The notes below the pieces were generated by a model that saw only the letters and a list, made by a program, of their open reading frames with translations, made no database searches and was not told the origin of the DNA. DNA of 63,574 nucleotides, the filler included, from Rozella allomycis CSF55 (Eukaryota), in NCBI GenBank assembly GCA_000442015.1. It is 9 parts of 9 records of this genome, joined end to end, with 100 filler letters (N's around TTAATTAATTAA, not from the genome) between each part and the next. Parts side by side here need not be neighbours in the genome. Positions count along the whole stretch, not along the records: positions 36,552 to 50,408 come from KE560781.1; positions 50,509 to 51,918 come from KE560784.1; positions 52,019 to 55,375 come from KE560786.1; positions 55,476 to 57,278 come from KE560787.1; positions 57,379 to 58,574 come from KE560788.1; positions 58,675 to 60,997 come from KE560789.1; positions 61,098 to 63,574 come from KE560794.1; 2 more parts are not named here. One strand, 5' to 3'. Both the position numbers and the translations under genes were made by a program. This document shows positions 49,430 through 61,858 of the stretch, one piece after another. Numbering within the stretch: position 1 is the first letter of the stretch; every line of letters begins with the position of its first letter.

Positions 49430-49990
49430 TTTTGCCTTTCCGCATTGGTGTGAGATCGTGGAAGTCCGTTTCTTTCACCCATTGATTGTTTGATGGATCA
49501 TGTGCTTTCCCCTTTACCAAATATTCTGTTGTATTGTCAGCATTAAGTCCGTGTTCTAATATTTTCTCGACTTAAACAGCTTTGCTGTTTGGATCCTCGT
49601 CAACTGGGGTGCCATAGAATAATTTCAATGTATGAGGAGGACAAGTATATATGGTGCCAACTGGACCCAAAAGTTCATAAGCGCCTCCCTTGTTTCGTCT
49701 GATTATTTTGAATGGCCCATTCAGATTTCGTTGTTCGCAATCCGTTCTTGACATTGACATATGCTACTGGTTGAAAATGAATAATTCTGTTATATTTAAA
49801 GACTTTACCCTCTTCCAGTGTCGCGTTTGTCTTAGACAATTCATTAATTTCAGGATACACAATCGATGTCATATAGTTAAGAGACTCCAACTCTTTTGGT
49901 GATAAAGACGTTAAGTCTTTTTGATCATTATAATTCTTGAAAAAGATAGGAGCCCTTGCGAAAATCAAAGAAAATGGTGTAGATTTGTTG
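49430..49990 (-). mobile_element. Degraded Ty3/Gypsy (chromovirus-like) integrase C-terminus plus chromodomain
   Basis: TPFSLIFARAP, GPFKIIRRNKGGAYEL, then VEKILEH...EYLVK..HDPSNNQWVKETDF; stops and frameshifts. Confidence 0.8.
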
Positions 49991-50038
49991 TGTCAGAAAC
50001 TTTTAGATAGGGTCCCTATCTAAAAATCATAGGGATAT

Positions 50039-50190
50039 TAACGACTCGGCTACCTGGCCCTCAGATTGTCCCCGGCTCGGCTGGGCGAAATTGCGGCTCG
50101 AGCCGCGGCTAAGCCGGCCCTTGTGGCGTGACCCGGCTTATTCGGCTCGGCTGGGCTAAGTTTTAGCCGAATCGAGCCGCGGCGTCGTTA
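50039..50190. repeat. GC-rich MITE-like element with short inverted ends and many CGGCT/AGCCG motifs
   Basis: Begins TAACGACTCGGCT and ends AGCCGCGGCGTCGTTA; sharply GC-rich against the AT-rich background. Confidence 0.6.
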
Positions 50191-50901
50191 GCCNAAATTG
50201 TGAAGTTCCATTTTCAGTTTATGAAGATTCTCAACGTAGATCATTCTTTTCCAAATTTATGCCAAAAAAGAAACAAACCAGTGTTTACGACTCTGATAAA
50301 ATAAATGATCACGAGTCAGTCTTATTAATTCAAAAAGAATTCCCTTAATTTATCCAGGCGGTATTTTATAATATTGATTTTCTTGTTAAGGATAGCGGCT
50401 TCATTTCCNNNNNNNNNNNNNNNNNNNNNNNNNNNNNNNNNNNNNNNNNNNNTTAATTAATTAANNNNNNNNNNNNNNNNNNNNNNNNNNNNNNNNNNNN
50501 NNNNNNNNAGTTAATATTTGAATTAGATGAAACTTTTTTATTGAATTTCTTTAGAGAGATTTCTAGGAAATTAGAAAACCCTAAATCATTTGATTTTACC
50601 ATGGGTTTTAAAGCCTTTGGTCAATCAATTTGTTAAAATTTTTGAAAAGATTAAAATTGATGAAAATCTTATAGAGCGATTTAGATCTTGCAATAATGGG
50701 AATCACATCCTGAAAGGTTTTGAATATCCCTGGAATATTTGGGAATTTAATACTAAAGTTACTAGTTAGAAATTCCAGGAGAATGCTAATGAAGAATTCA
50801 GGATTGATGAAATCACTATTAGTTCATGAAGGTGAAACTCCTCATTCAATGCAAGAAATTAATATATTAACTTCAAGAAAAATCTGGGAAGGAATTTGGG
50901 N

Positions 50902-50937
50902 CTCCCCGTCCGATTTAACGAGCACTGCGAGACTTGT
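50902..50937 (-). repeat. ~35-bp dispersed micro-element, copy C
   Basis: CTCCCCGTCCGATTTAACGAGCACTGCGAGACTTGT on +, the reverse complement of the other copies. Confidence 0.9.
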
Positions 50938-51710
50938 TTAAATTAATGTATGCTATGTTTTAAATTTTGAACTTTCTTTTTTTGTTATCCTTCACACTAA
51001 TAAAAGATTTGCAAGGTTTAGTGACGTTTCTGCAATGTGCTCAAAATGCCAAGTNTCATAGATTTTTCGATTGCGAATCTCTTTCAAAAAGATTTTGGTC
51101 TACATTATTCCCAGAAACTCCTAACTCACGGGCATTGTACTTGTTTCTTCTTGAAACGGAAGATTTCATGAACCTTCGTGGAAAACGAATTTAATTAATC
51201 AATAATGTTGATATATTTAAAAAAAAATTAATGAATTTCATTTAGAAGAGTTTAATTGGAAAATTGGTAGATCGAGAGTGTATAGGATTAAATCCTTTAC
51301 CAGTTGTAGATCTGCCATTTCAGAATGATATATTTANGATTTTTCCCAGAAACTCCTAATTCACAGGTACTTTACTTGTTTCTTCTCGACACGGAAGATT
51401 TCATCAACCTTCGTGGAAAACGAATTTTGTAGTACTACATTCATGAAGCCTTCAAGAAAAATTTGTCGCAGAATCAGGTCATAGCCTTGATCAACTCAGA
51501 AAATTTAANCTTGCAAAAAAATTCAATCGATGTCTAAAAGAATATCATGTAATTAATTGTCATTTGTCTAGTTATTTGATATTTCATTCGATTTTATATG
51601 AAATGAATATTGAATTTACATTGAACTTCCAGGATANGTGTTCTTTGAATGACAAATTTTTTGAATGTCCAGGAGTTAGTATACCGTTTTGGACTGATTT
51701 CATAAAGAAT

Positions 51711-51745
51711 ACAAGTCTCGCAGTGCTCGTTAACTGGACGGGGAG
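51711..51745 (+). repeat. ~35-bp dispersed micro-element, copy D
   Basis: Identical to copy B; directly follows, and apparently interrupts, a FFECPGVSIPFWTDFIKN LINE-like fragment. Confidence 0.9.
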
Positions 51746-52807
51746 GTATTCTAATAAATATCGAAACATAATAGTTTTGTAATATGAATAATCATTTTAT
51801 ATATTGCCCCGATTGCCCNCTACCTCTTACAATGACTATGCATTTTTTGGAGAGTTCTATAAGAAAATTTAATATCTTAAAAAGCATAATATATTAGTAG
51901 TTAAAGATTTAATAGAAGNNNNNNNNNNNNNNNNNNNNNNNNNNNNNNNNNNNNNNNNNNNNTTAATTAATTAANNNNNNNNNNNNNNNNNNNNNNNNNN
52001 NNNNNNNNNNNNNNNNNNAGTCTTGTATAGGCGACATAGCGAAATTTACAGGTTCTGTCTTCTGTGAATCTCCGTTCCTCGAAACAAGTGAAATTTGAAA
52101 ATAAAGATTGATTAAAAAGGATATTAATCGAAATGAATATTTTGCTCAAAGTTGATGCTACCCAAACTTTCAAATTGCAAATGTCTAGAGGGTTGGAATA
52201 ATTCAATTCTAATCTGAATCAGGAACTTCACGTCGCTAAAATTATCTAAATATAATTAATAAAATAATTAACGTCATTATTTCAACCCAATCGAGTAGAA
52301 ATTTCTCATTTGTATTGGAAATGTTATCTAGACGCCTGCTGGCCAATGCATTACCCAGTTTTCATTCTAAAAACTTAAGATTATATCATTCCTCCAAAAT
52401 CAATTTTAAAGTGATGCCTTTTTTGTTAGCGGATATTGGCGAGGGCATAACAGAAGTTCAAATTGTTCAATGGTAAAGAATAGATCGAAATATTATCAGG
52501 TTTGTGAAGAATGGAGATAAAGTTGCACAATTCCAAAAGATTGCTGAAGTACAAAGCGATAAGGCGGCTGTAGAAATAACGTCTAAATATGATGGTGTTG
52601 TCGTGAAGACATATTACAAGGAAAATGAAACTGCTAAAGTTGGACAACCATTGTGTGATATAGACACATTTGATTCTCCAGAAGAGGAATCTGTCAAAAC
52701 AAAGAACGATTCCAAGAATTTGGATCAGACTGGNACTAATAATTAATAAAATAATTAACGTCATTATTTTAAACCAGTCGAGTAGAAATTTCTCATTTAT
52801 ATTGTAA

Positions 52808-54732
52808 ATGTTATCTCGACGCTTTCTGGCCAATGCATTGCCCAGTTTTCATTCGAAAAACTTACGATTATATCATTCATCCAAAATCAATTTTAAAGTA
52901 ATGCCTTTTTTGTTAGCGGATATTGGCGAGGGCATAACAGAAGTTCAAATTGTTCAATGGTAAAGAATAGATCGAAATATTATCAGGTTTGTGAAGAATG
53001 GAGATAAAGTTGCACAATTCCAAAAGATTGCTGAAGTACAAAGCGATAAGGCGGCTGTAGAAATAACGTCTAAATATGATGGTGTTGTCGTGAAGACATA
53101 TTACAAGGAAAATGAAACTGCTAAAGTTGGAAAACCATTGTGTGATATAGATACATTTGATTCTCTAGATGAGGAATCTGTCAAAACAAAGAACGATTCC
53201 AAGAATTTGGATCAGACTGGTGGCCAAACTGAAAAAGCAAAGGAAACCTCAAAATCTATGTTAATGATTGATAATGACCCCAATTTAGGAATTTTGGCGA
53301 CTCCTGCCATTAGAAGAATAGCCAAAGAGAATTCCATTGATTTATCCAAGATAAAAGGAACAGGGAAAGACGGGAGAATAATGAAGGAAGATGTTTTGAT
53401 GCTAGCCTCTAATAATATTCGTGAAGAAATTAAGCCTCAAAAAATAACACAATTACCAACTGATCGGACTTTGCCAGTGGAAACAAAGCCTTTGAATGGA
53501 GTTCAAAAAGCCATGATAAAGAGCATGACAAACGCACTTAAAGTCCCACATTTTGGTTACTACGATGAATTTTGTTTAGATCAATTGAAATCAATAAAGA
53601 AAGAGCTCGTAGATATCTTAGATGAACCTTCAACAAAGCTATCGTTTATGCCATTTTTTATAAAGGCGGCATCAGTAGCTCTAAAGAAGTTTCCGATCAT
53701 GAATGCTAGTTTAGATTTAGAGAATAACCAAGTTATATATCACCATTATCATAACATTGGAGTNGGAAGATGTTTTGATGCTAGCCTCTAATACCATAAG
53801 TGAAGAAATTAAGCCTCAAAAAACAACACAATTACCAATTGATCGGACTTTGCCAGTGGAAACAAAGCCTTTGAATGGAGTTCAAAAAGNAGAGGATGTT
53901 TTGATGCTAGCCTCTAATAATATTCGTGAAGAAATTAAGCCTCAAAAAATAACACAATTACCAACTGATCGGACTTTGCCAGTGGAAACAAAGCCTTTGA
54001 ATGGAGTTCAAAAAGCCATGATAAAGAGCATGACAAACGCGCTTAAAGTCCCACATTTTGGTTACTACGATGAAATTTGTTTAGATCAATTGAAATCAAT
54101 AAAGAAAGAGCTCGTAGATATCTTAGATGAACCTTCAACAAAGCTATCGTTTATGCCATTTTTTATAAAGGCGGCATCAGTAGCACTAAAGGAATTTCCG
54201 ATAATGAATGCTAGTTTGGATTTAGAGAATAACCAAGTTATATATCACCATTATCATAACATTGGAGTTGCAATCGACTCGCCGCAAGGGCTTGTTGTTC
54301 CGAACATAAAGAACGTTCAAGATAAAAGCGTGGTAGAAATAGCAAAAGATTTGAATAAACTGATCGAAGCTGCGAAACAAAATCAATTGAAACCAGCAGT
54401 GAATATTATCTATTATTTTTTTCTTAGGATTTTGCAAATGGGACATTCACTCTTTCTAATGTGGGGACTGTTGGAGGAACTTACACAAGTCCTATTCTTG
54501 TATTGCCTGAAGTAATCATCATTGATTTTCAACAAAGGTTGTCATTGGGGCCCTTGGAAAGGCACAAACCTTACCACGCTTTGATGAAAGCGGCCAAGTA
54601 TATCCTTCCTTGATTGCAAAGATTTCTTGGTCAGCTGACCACCGAATTATTGATGGAGCCTCATTGGCCAGGTTTTCAAACAAGTGGAAATCTTACATTG
54701 AAAATCCAAAAAGAATGATTCTCGACTTTTAA
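52808..54732 (+). CDS. DBT: Branched-chain alpha-keto acid dehydrogenase E2 (dihydrolipoamide acyltransferase); partial duplicate at 52321-52733 and internal N-join duplications
   Basis: Lipoyl domain [11 protein letters not shown]...[14 protein letters not shown]3-binding ATPAIRRIA...GTGKDGRI, catalytic [24 protein letters not shown] and [10 protein letters not shown]. Confidence 0.93.
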
Positions 54733-54775
54733 ATAAACGTTTTTTTCAATAAATTTTGTTACTTTTAAGTTTTAT

Positions 54776-55375
54776 TTATATGTCAGATTCTGTTTCCACA
54801 AGGATTTCTTCCTCATGGTACGCGCCAGGGCTGCAATCATTAATGCAAGTGAAAATATGAATAGTGCCAAACTCCATTCCAAAAGTCTCAAGAACACTTT
54901 TTTTCTTTTCTTTTGATTCATTTTCTGCATATTCTTCAACAGGCAAGATTGACAAAAGCGATGGCATCAATTGCATTTCATGAACTCTTGGGCAATTGCA
55001 AATTGGGCATTTTCTGGCTTTATTTATCTTTGTCTTATTTTTTGAAGAATACAAAAGTGGTTCTGGATTATTGAACTTGTATCTTTTTATTCAAGAAATC
55101 ATTTTATACCTTAAACATTGCGTGGGATTAAAACTAACTTTTGCTTGAAACATAATAAACGACTTGTCCAATTTTGATCTCTCATAACCTTCTTTGGACC
55201 AATCTATTCCATCGTTAGAAGGCAATGGCGCTTTATCATAACTTTTTTTCAAAGAATCAATATGTTGCTCAATGCTGTCCGAAGATGGTATTTGCTCTTC
55301 ATCAACCTCCATGAAATACCCTGGAAAATGAAGGGGATATAATTCATCATAAAAAGTATCGTTTAATTCATCACA
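54776..55375 (-). CDS. PDCD2/Tsr4-family protein, C-terminal part (5' end in gap)
   Basis: EGYE...FQAKVSFNPTQCLRY, CPICNCPRVHEMQLMPSLL and MEFGTIHIFTCINDC (PDCD2_C pattern). Confidence 0.88.
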
Positions 55376-55536
55376 NNNNNNNNNNNNNNNNNNNNNNNNN
55401 NNNNNNNNNNNNNNNNNNNTTAATTAATTAANNNNNNNNNNNNNNNNNNNNNNNNNNNNNNNNNNNNNNNNNNNNAGATCATCTGCTAAGCCACTCCCAT
55501 CATGTATTTGATATTCACATTAAAAAGCAAAGAAAT

Positions 55537-56601
55537 TTATTTTTGAACCATATAATTGAGAAATCCTTTGCCATATTCTTGCCGAAAATCCAAGTCGGAC
55601 AAACTTTCGAAAGGGCAAAGGCCATGGGAATGCGAATTCACTGAGTAATTTCCAATAACCAAAATTTTTGGCAATTGTGCAAGCCATTCTTTAGGAAGGT
55701 TCTTAATGACTTCCTTCGTCATTCGCAAGTGTCTTGTCAATCGTATCGATGTTATGGCTCGTTGTGCTATTTTTAAGGCATTAATTTCTAGCTCCTCTTT
55801 ATCATTAAAAAGGGTTTTGATATTCCTTTGAATGAGTTCTCCCTTGGGGGTCATAATTTCTATGACACATTTTTCACAGCAATTTTCACAATAATTGATT
55901 TTCTCTCCATCAAATAAATACGATTCAAACCCATAATCTCCATTAATGATAACTTGCGGGCTCATCCACTTTCTGAAATGCGCAAATGTCTTGAAAATCC
56001 AATCCCTCCTTTTCAAAACCACAAGATTTTCACAGCTAAATAGACTGCACAATTCTTTGAAATCATAGTTCGTCAGTTGTTCAAAGTCGTGACAATGGCT
56101 TAAGAAAGAGTTATTTTCAATTATTCCCTCGACAAATATAACTAGATTTTTGGGCGTGCCTACACTTTTTTTAGTTTGCCTGAACTCTTTAACATTGTTT
56201 CCGCTTATTAAGGTCTTATTGACTGCTTCATAAGACAATTGTGCAATGGCGTCCTGGAAATTCGGTTTTATGTCGTCCTTGCAACTGAATATCGTTTCCG
56301 TATTGAAAACCTTTGTATGAAAGTCGTCATAGTGGTCGCCCTCATTAAGCCATGAAATATAGGTCTTTTTCTTTTCAATCGTGACAAGAAGAGTGGAACC
56401 GATTAATTTGGGCTTTGCATATGAGTCATCAAAAGGATTCGGTGAATCTGGATTTGGAGCTGCGTGACATTTGTCGTGGGAACCATACAGCCTTAAAACA
56501 GGCTTAGTTGAACATTTTTCAATTGTCTTAGTTGTTGAACCTAGTATATACATCGGATAAAGAAAAAAGTAGAAAAGTCTCATCTCAGGTCTCAGCCTCA
56601 T
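55537..56601 (-). CDS. Hypothetical protein (354 aa), possible N-terminal signal peptide
   Basis: Long intact intronless ORF with hydrophobic N-terminus MRLFYFFLYPMYILG; no family recognised. Confidence 0.65.
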   Translation of the reverse strand: MRLRPEMRLFYFFLYPMYILGSTTKTIEKCSTKPVLRLYGSHDKCHAAPNPDSPNPFDDSYAKPKLIGSTLLVTIEKKKTYISWLNEGDHYDDFHTKVFNTETIFSCKDDIKPNFQDAIAQLSYEAVNKTLISGNNVKEFRQTKKSVGTPKNLVIFVEGIIENNSFLSHCHDFEQLTNYDFKELCSLFSCENLVVLKRRDWIFKTFAHFRKWMSPQVIINGDYGFESYLFDGEKINYCENCCEKCVIEIMTPKGELIQRNIKTLFNDKEELEINALKIAQRAITSIRLTRHLRMTKEVIKNLPKEWLAQLPKILVIGNYSVNSHSHGLCPFESLSDLDFRQEYGKGFLNYMVQK

Positions 56602-56982
56602 CTATTAAAATTTAAAATCGGCGTGCAAGAATAGTATCTCGCTCTAATGGCTTTATTATTTAAATTACTAATTTATTAAATATTTTGTCATAGTTGAAGT
56701 ATTTTATGCAAACATCAAGTGACAAAAGTGACACTTGAAGATCGATGGCACCCGATAGAGCGGCGTGGTTGGCAGCGGGGATGATCGGTTTACTTCTTTT
56801 GCTTTTATGTTACTCTTTACCAGTACATCGCCCCTTGCCTTTTGATTCAGTTAAAGGGGCCGTTATTGTTATTTCACTTTGGAGAACTTGTGCATTGGTT
56901 ATTGCTTCCCCTTCCGATGAAAGGTTATTAATTGTTATATATGTATCTTAGGGATATAACGATAATATCAATTGAAAAATCG

Positions 56983-57278
56983 ATGGACAACATTTTTGGC
57001 GCCATATTTAATGCCGTCGAAACAGCAGTTCAAAGTGTTTCAAGCGCTGCGGAAAAAGTGATAAATTCGGCGAAAAAGGTAATTGAACTTGTATCCAACT
57101 TACATACGCTGAAATTCAAGCATGTGAATTTCGGTTTCGTTTGGAATGAAAATAACAAGATCGTTGACTTTGACGTTGAATTTTCGATCAAGGAAAAACC
57201 AATTGGCTTCAAGTTTTCTTTTGATTTTAACAATATCTTTAACAGCATTTATAGTTTTTTTAAAAATGCAGTTCAAAA
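56983..57278 (+). CDS. Hypothetical protein fragment running into a gap
   Basis: ORF MDNIFGAIFNAVETAV... open until the Ns. Confidence 0.35.
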
Positions 57279-57405
57279 NNNNNNNNNNNNNNNNNNNNNN
57301 NNNNNNNNNNNNNNNNNNNNNNTTAATTAATTAANNNNNNNNNNNNNNNNNNNNNNNNNNNNNNNNNNNNNNNNNNNNACAAAATTCACATATACAGCAG
57401 CTCTG

Positions 57406-58575
57406 ATGAATAAGACCAGGGTACTAGCTGCCATAGACACAATGTCAAACGTGTCTTGCATTTCCCCAGACTTAGCCACTCAATTGAATGTAAAGGTCCA
57501 CCCTGTGCAAGGAAAGTTAGAATTAGCTGAAGGAGGAACCGAGGTGAATAGAGTTGGAGTGACTGAACCAATAGAGATCAATCATAATGGAAAAGTTGTT
57601 AAACATCAATTTGAAATTCTTTACATGGGCTTTGATATAAGCCGCCCGATAAATGTTCTCTTTGGATTAGATTTACATGCGAAAATTGGAATAGGCATAA
57701 CTGGGTTAACATCAAAATTTAACGATGAATCTGACATAAGTTCAAAGAATAATGCTGGAGACACCCAGGAGGAACCAACGGTAACTGAAGAGCTCAACAT
57801 TCCTGTTACCCAAGTGGTGAAGGAATTGGACGACTCAAATAAAACACCTGTTGAACCTTATCTGTCTTCCTTAATTAATACTTTTGCATCACATTTAATA
57901 TCTACAATCCAACCCTTAATTGATAGCAACACTCAACTCAAAGGATTTTGTAATTTACCAGATATGANCTACACTGGCAGTTATCCTCCAGTATAATGTC
58001 TAAAAAGACTCTTTGACAGAATCGAGGTTGTTGATCAACATACTTAATGACAGGATATTGGATCAGTTANGATGGTCACTGAAGAGCTACACATTCCTAG
58101 TACGCAAGTAACAAAGGAATGACTCTCAAATAAAACGCCCCTTGATCCTTATCGTATTCTTAAATTGATCATATTTCATCACATTTAAATCTTCGATTCA
58201 ATCCTTATGTGACGGCATCACTCAACTCAAAGAATTCTACACTGGCAGTAACCCTCCAGTACAATATCTAAAAAGACTCTTTGATTTAATCGAGGTTGTT
58301 TATCAACATACTTAATGACAGGATATTGGATCAGTTAAAGAAAAATTTCCTTGGAATGATTCTTTATTACTTGTTCCGAAAACAGATTTTGTTAGAAAAG
58401 TTAAAAGTTAAAGGTTGATGCATTTCCATTAACCAACGACATTTATAGAAGGAACCTAACGATATCTATCCATTACCATTAATGACGGTCATAATTGAAT
58501 CATAAAAGATTAATCAAATACCATTTGACTGCATGGAGATGTAACAGAGATAGAGCGCATTCTCAATCATAGACN
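57406..58575 (+). mobile_element. Degraded LTR retrotransposon: aspartic protease and start of RT
   Basis: AAIDTMSNVSCIS (D-T-G-like), VLFGLDL, later PWNDSLLLVPK and DIYPLP remnants with many stops. Confidence 0.75.
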
Positions 58576-58730
58576 NNNNNNNNNNNNNNNNNNNNNNNNN
58601 NNNNNNNNNNNNNNNNNNTTAATTAATTAANNNNNNNNNNNNNNNNNNNNNNNNNNNNNNNNNNNNNNNNNNNNAACTGTTTTGTTATTATATCTTTATC
58701 ATTTTTTGACATAAGTTTGAAAAAATTGTG

Positions 58731-59127
58731 TTACAAATTCATTTTACCGCTTTCTTCTATCAGCTTCGGTCCATACATTACTCCCCAAACATTCAAATCC
58801 TTTCCTTATTAATCAGAATCATTAAATCTTACCATCCCTTGATAGTCTGCTTAACACAACCAGACACGGAATTTGAAACAGCAATTCGGTCAAAACAAAA
58901 AACTGGAACCACATTGGACTTTTCATAAGGAATGGATCGCTTGAATTGTTTACATAGCTGTCATGCATCAGTCTTATCGAACTTGGGAACCAATGCGTTG
59001 GAAACAGAGCCTGCGATTGGACAAGTAGGATCCACAGAATTTGAAATAGAAAGTAGGTCAAGAATCTATATACAAAAATTGTAATACTTAAAACTTGTTC
59101 ATTGCCGTTTCTATGTTTCCAAAGCAT
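58731..59127 (-). CDS. EXPERA/TMEM97-like membrane protein, apparently truncated
   Basis: QALFP..FP...DSYVNNSSDPFLMKSPMWFQFFVLTELLFQIP, then a GT-AG intron and WGVMYG; start uncertain. Confidence 0.65.
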
Positions 59128-59611
59128 AATCAGAAAGCTTATTTAAGCCATCGAGAAATGGCGGATAGTGAGCATTGATTTTGCTACGAGTTCGAAAAAA
59201 AGCATCCAATTTAATAACCTAAGGCATATTGAACAATCCTTTTATAATTTCAAGTTGCACGAGCAAACGTGATAATTCAAACGAGTCATTAATTAATTTA
59301 ATATTCTTGACATGTTCGAAGCTTTAATCAAAGCATCCCAAGCATTCTCAATCACCAAGCAAAAATGTACAAAATCGATTAATCTATAAGATGTAAACGT
59401 CATTTTTCAGTTTGATGCTAAATCTGAATAAGGAGGCATCTCCACATGGATTGTTGATCAAAAAGGAAAAGCAGAACTCAGAAGTAACTAAAGCCTAAAG
59501 GAAAATTAAACCATGCAAGCGATTGTAAGGTCAATCAAGGGAATTACACCATGAAGTTATAAGGTTGACAACTTGAGTAGAACCTTAAACCTTAAACAGC
59601 TCTTTTAGAAC

Positions 59612-60996
59612 ATGACGACTACAACAAGGTCAAGAGGTAGCGGGGCGAATTCTCAACAGGAACCAAATGAAAATGTTACTAAACTAAAGATTTTAAAAAA
59701 ATTGAAGACCGAAAATAAGTTAAAGACTGAAAAGAAACCAAAGAGCAAAAATAAACAAAAGAATAAATGGGAAAAAGAAACAAAGAATAAAAAAGCTCCA
59801 AAGACGATAGAAACTGAAGGTAGTTCAAAAACAAAAGCTACTCAAGATGTTGGACGGAAGAAAGTAAAGATCGAGAATTCTATGATGGATACTCCAACGG
59901 AAAGGAAAGCTTATGATTCTAAAGCCGAACAAATAATGGAACAAATTCGTGAGTTGACAGAAGAAGAATATGGATACATTAGCACTTTAATCGCAACGGA
60001 AAAGAGAAGTCAAGACGACATTAAGAACAAATTTAGTGATATCTTGGAATTTTCAACAATTCCTAAAGAAAATTCAGCATTAAGGGAGTATCGACAACGA
60101 GCTCTCCTATGCTCCAAAGATGAAAAAGTCATTGAAATGGAAAGCATTCTTGAAGGCAAGACCCCTTTTGTGTTTATGCATGCATCTTCTGGACACGGAA
60201 AAACACAAATGGCGTTTAATCTGCAGGCGAAGGGACTCCGGGTTCTTTACGTTGTATGTTCTAATGGTGGTGAGAATTCGCAAAATATCTATAAAGCTTT
60301 TGCAGATCGACAAGTAGTATTTGAAAATAGTTTGAAGGCAGATATGAATACGATTTCATATTTCGATGTGGGAAGTATAAAGAGAGATTTGAAGAAGGGG
60401 TTTGTTTATGGTTTTATTGGAGCTTTGTTGCTTAACAANCGTTAATTTAAAGTTAATATGTGGAATTTCAGACATTGACATAGCAAGCAATATACCAACC
60501 ATCTTGTACCTAATCCATAAAGACGAAAATGGTGCCACTCAGTGTTTGAAGAGCATCCGGAATTCTGGATCGCTATTCAAGCTCATAACTCTCTTAATTT
60601 TAATAAATTGGTTTTCTTTTAATGGATTGATTTGGTTATTCTTATTACTTATTAATCAATTAATAAAGAAACTTATTAAAACTTGTAAAGAGTTGAGATT
60701 AGTAACGATTTGATTTGAATNCTCTAATGGTGGTGAGAATTCGCAAAATATATACAAAGCTTTTGCCGATCGACAAGGAGTATTTGAAAATTGTTTGAAG
60801 GCAGACATGAATACGATTTCATATTTCGATGTGGAAAGTATAAAGAGAGATTTGAAGAAGGGGTTTGTTTATGGTTTTATTGGAGCTTTGTTGCTTAACA
60901 AGGATAAAGTTGAAAGAAAGCTAAAGAGAAGTGAATTACTGGAAATATTAAAGAAGAAGAAACGTAAACCAGTCGTATTTCTGGACGAGTTCCCTC
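59612..60996 (+). CDS. Crinkler-type P-loop NTPase with Lys-rich N-terminus, fragmented by assembly
   Basis: Walker A HASSGHGKTQ in 59612..60439; an overlapping copy at 60722..60996 continues to Walker B VVFLDEFP. Confidence 0.6.
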
Positions 60997-61355
60997 ANNN
61001 NNNNNNNNNNNNNNNNNNNNNNNNNNNNNNNNNNNNNNNNNTTAATTAATTAANNNNNNNNNNNNNNNNNNNNNNNNNNNNNNNNNNNNNNNNNNNNCCC
61101 CTGTTTGTGAATATTAATGATGATGATCAACCAATACTTTCTTGTCCTATGACTGGTTCGTTCTTTATGAGAAATTTCAAGCTATCGGTTTGCATCCAGC
61201 TTTCTTTGGAGCGCATTCGTTCCGCAAAGGAGGTGTACAGTTTTTCAAAAAGAAGGGTTTAAGTGTGTTGTCAGTTATTGAATGGGCCGGTTAGTCTCCC
61301 AAACTTAATGAAGGTGTTATCTTACGATATTTGAAGAACGAAGGGCAGAGTAAGN

Positions 61356-61858
61356 GTACGGTACCTTTTCGTAAGACCAATCGTACAAATGATCGTACAA
61401 AGATTAAATATTTTTCATATAGAAATGCAATGTTTTCCATTGGTGAGGGCTGCGAAGGAAAATATTCATTTATGTCCCGTTACGTGGTTCAATATTTGGA
61501 CATACAAGTTTGGGCAAAAAGAAGAACCCCTGTTTGTGAATATTAATGATGATGATCAACCAATACTTTCTTGTCCTATGACTGGTTCGTTCTTTATGAG
61601 AAATTTCAAGCTATCGGTTTGCATCCAGCTTTCTTTGGAGCGCATTCGTTCCGCAAAGGAGGTGTACAGTTTTTCAAAAAGAAGGGTTTAAGTGTGTTGT
61701 CAGTTATTGAATGGGCCGGTTAGTCTCCCAAACTTAATGAAGGTGTTATCTTACGATATTTGAAGAACGAAGGGCAGAGTAAGGTTGATGGAGTGAAGCT
61801 TCTGCGTAAACTGGAACTTGGCAAATACTTAATAAACAATACGTTTCTCAAATTATGA
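61356..61858 (+). pseudogene. Tyrosine recombinase (Crypton/DIRS-type) C-terminal half, degraded; duplicate at 61098-61354
   Basis: FRKTN, HLCPVTWF, EEPLFVNI, then in another frame GLHPAFFGAHSFRKGGVQF...EWAG*S...VILRYL: H-x-x-R, W mutated to TAG, and the catalytic Y. The key frame is absent from the ORF track. Confidence 0.8.

Noticed and set aside
52250-54270. Apparent multiple copies and domains of the BCKDH E2 gene
   Set aside because: Near-identical segments separated by N at 52734, 53765 and 53890; best explained as uncollapsed alleles, not extra lipoyl or catalytic domains.
61098-61354. Second tyrosine recombinase copy in tandem
   Set aside because: Identical to 61528-61783 and flanked by a gap and a single N; assembly duplication.
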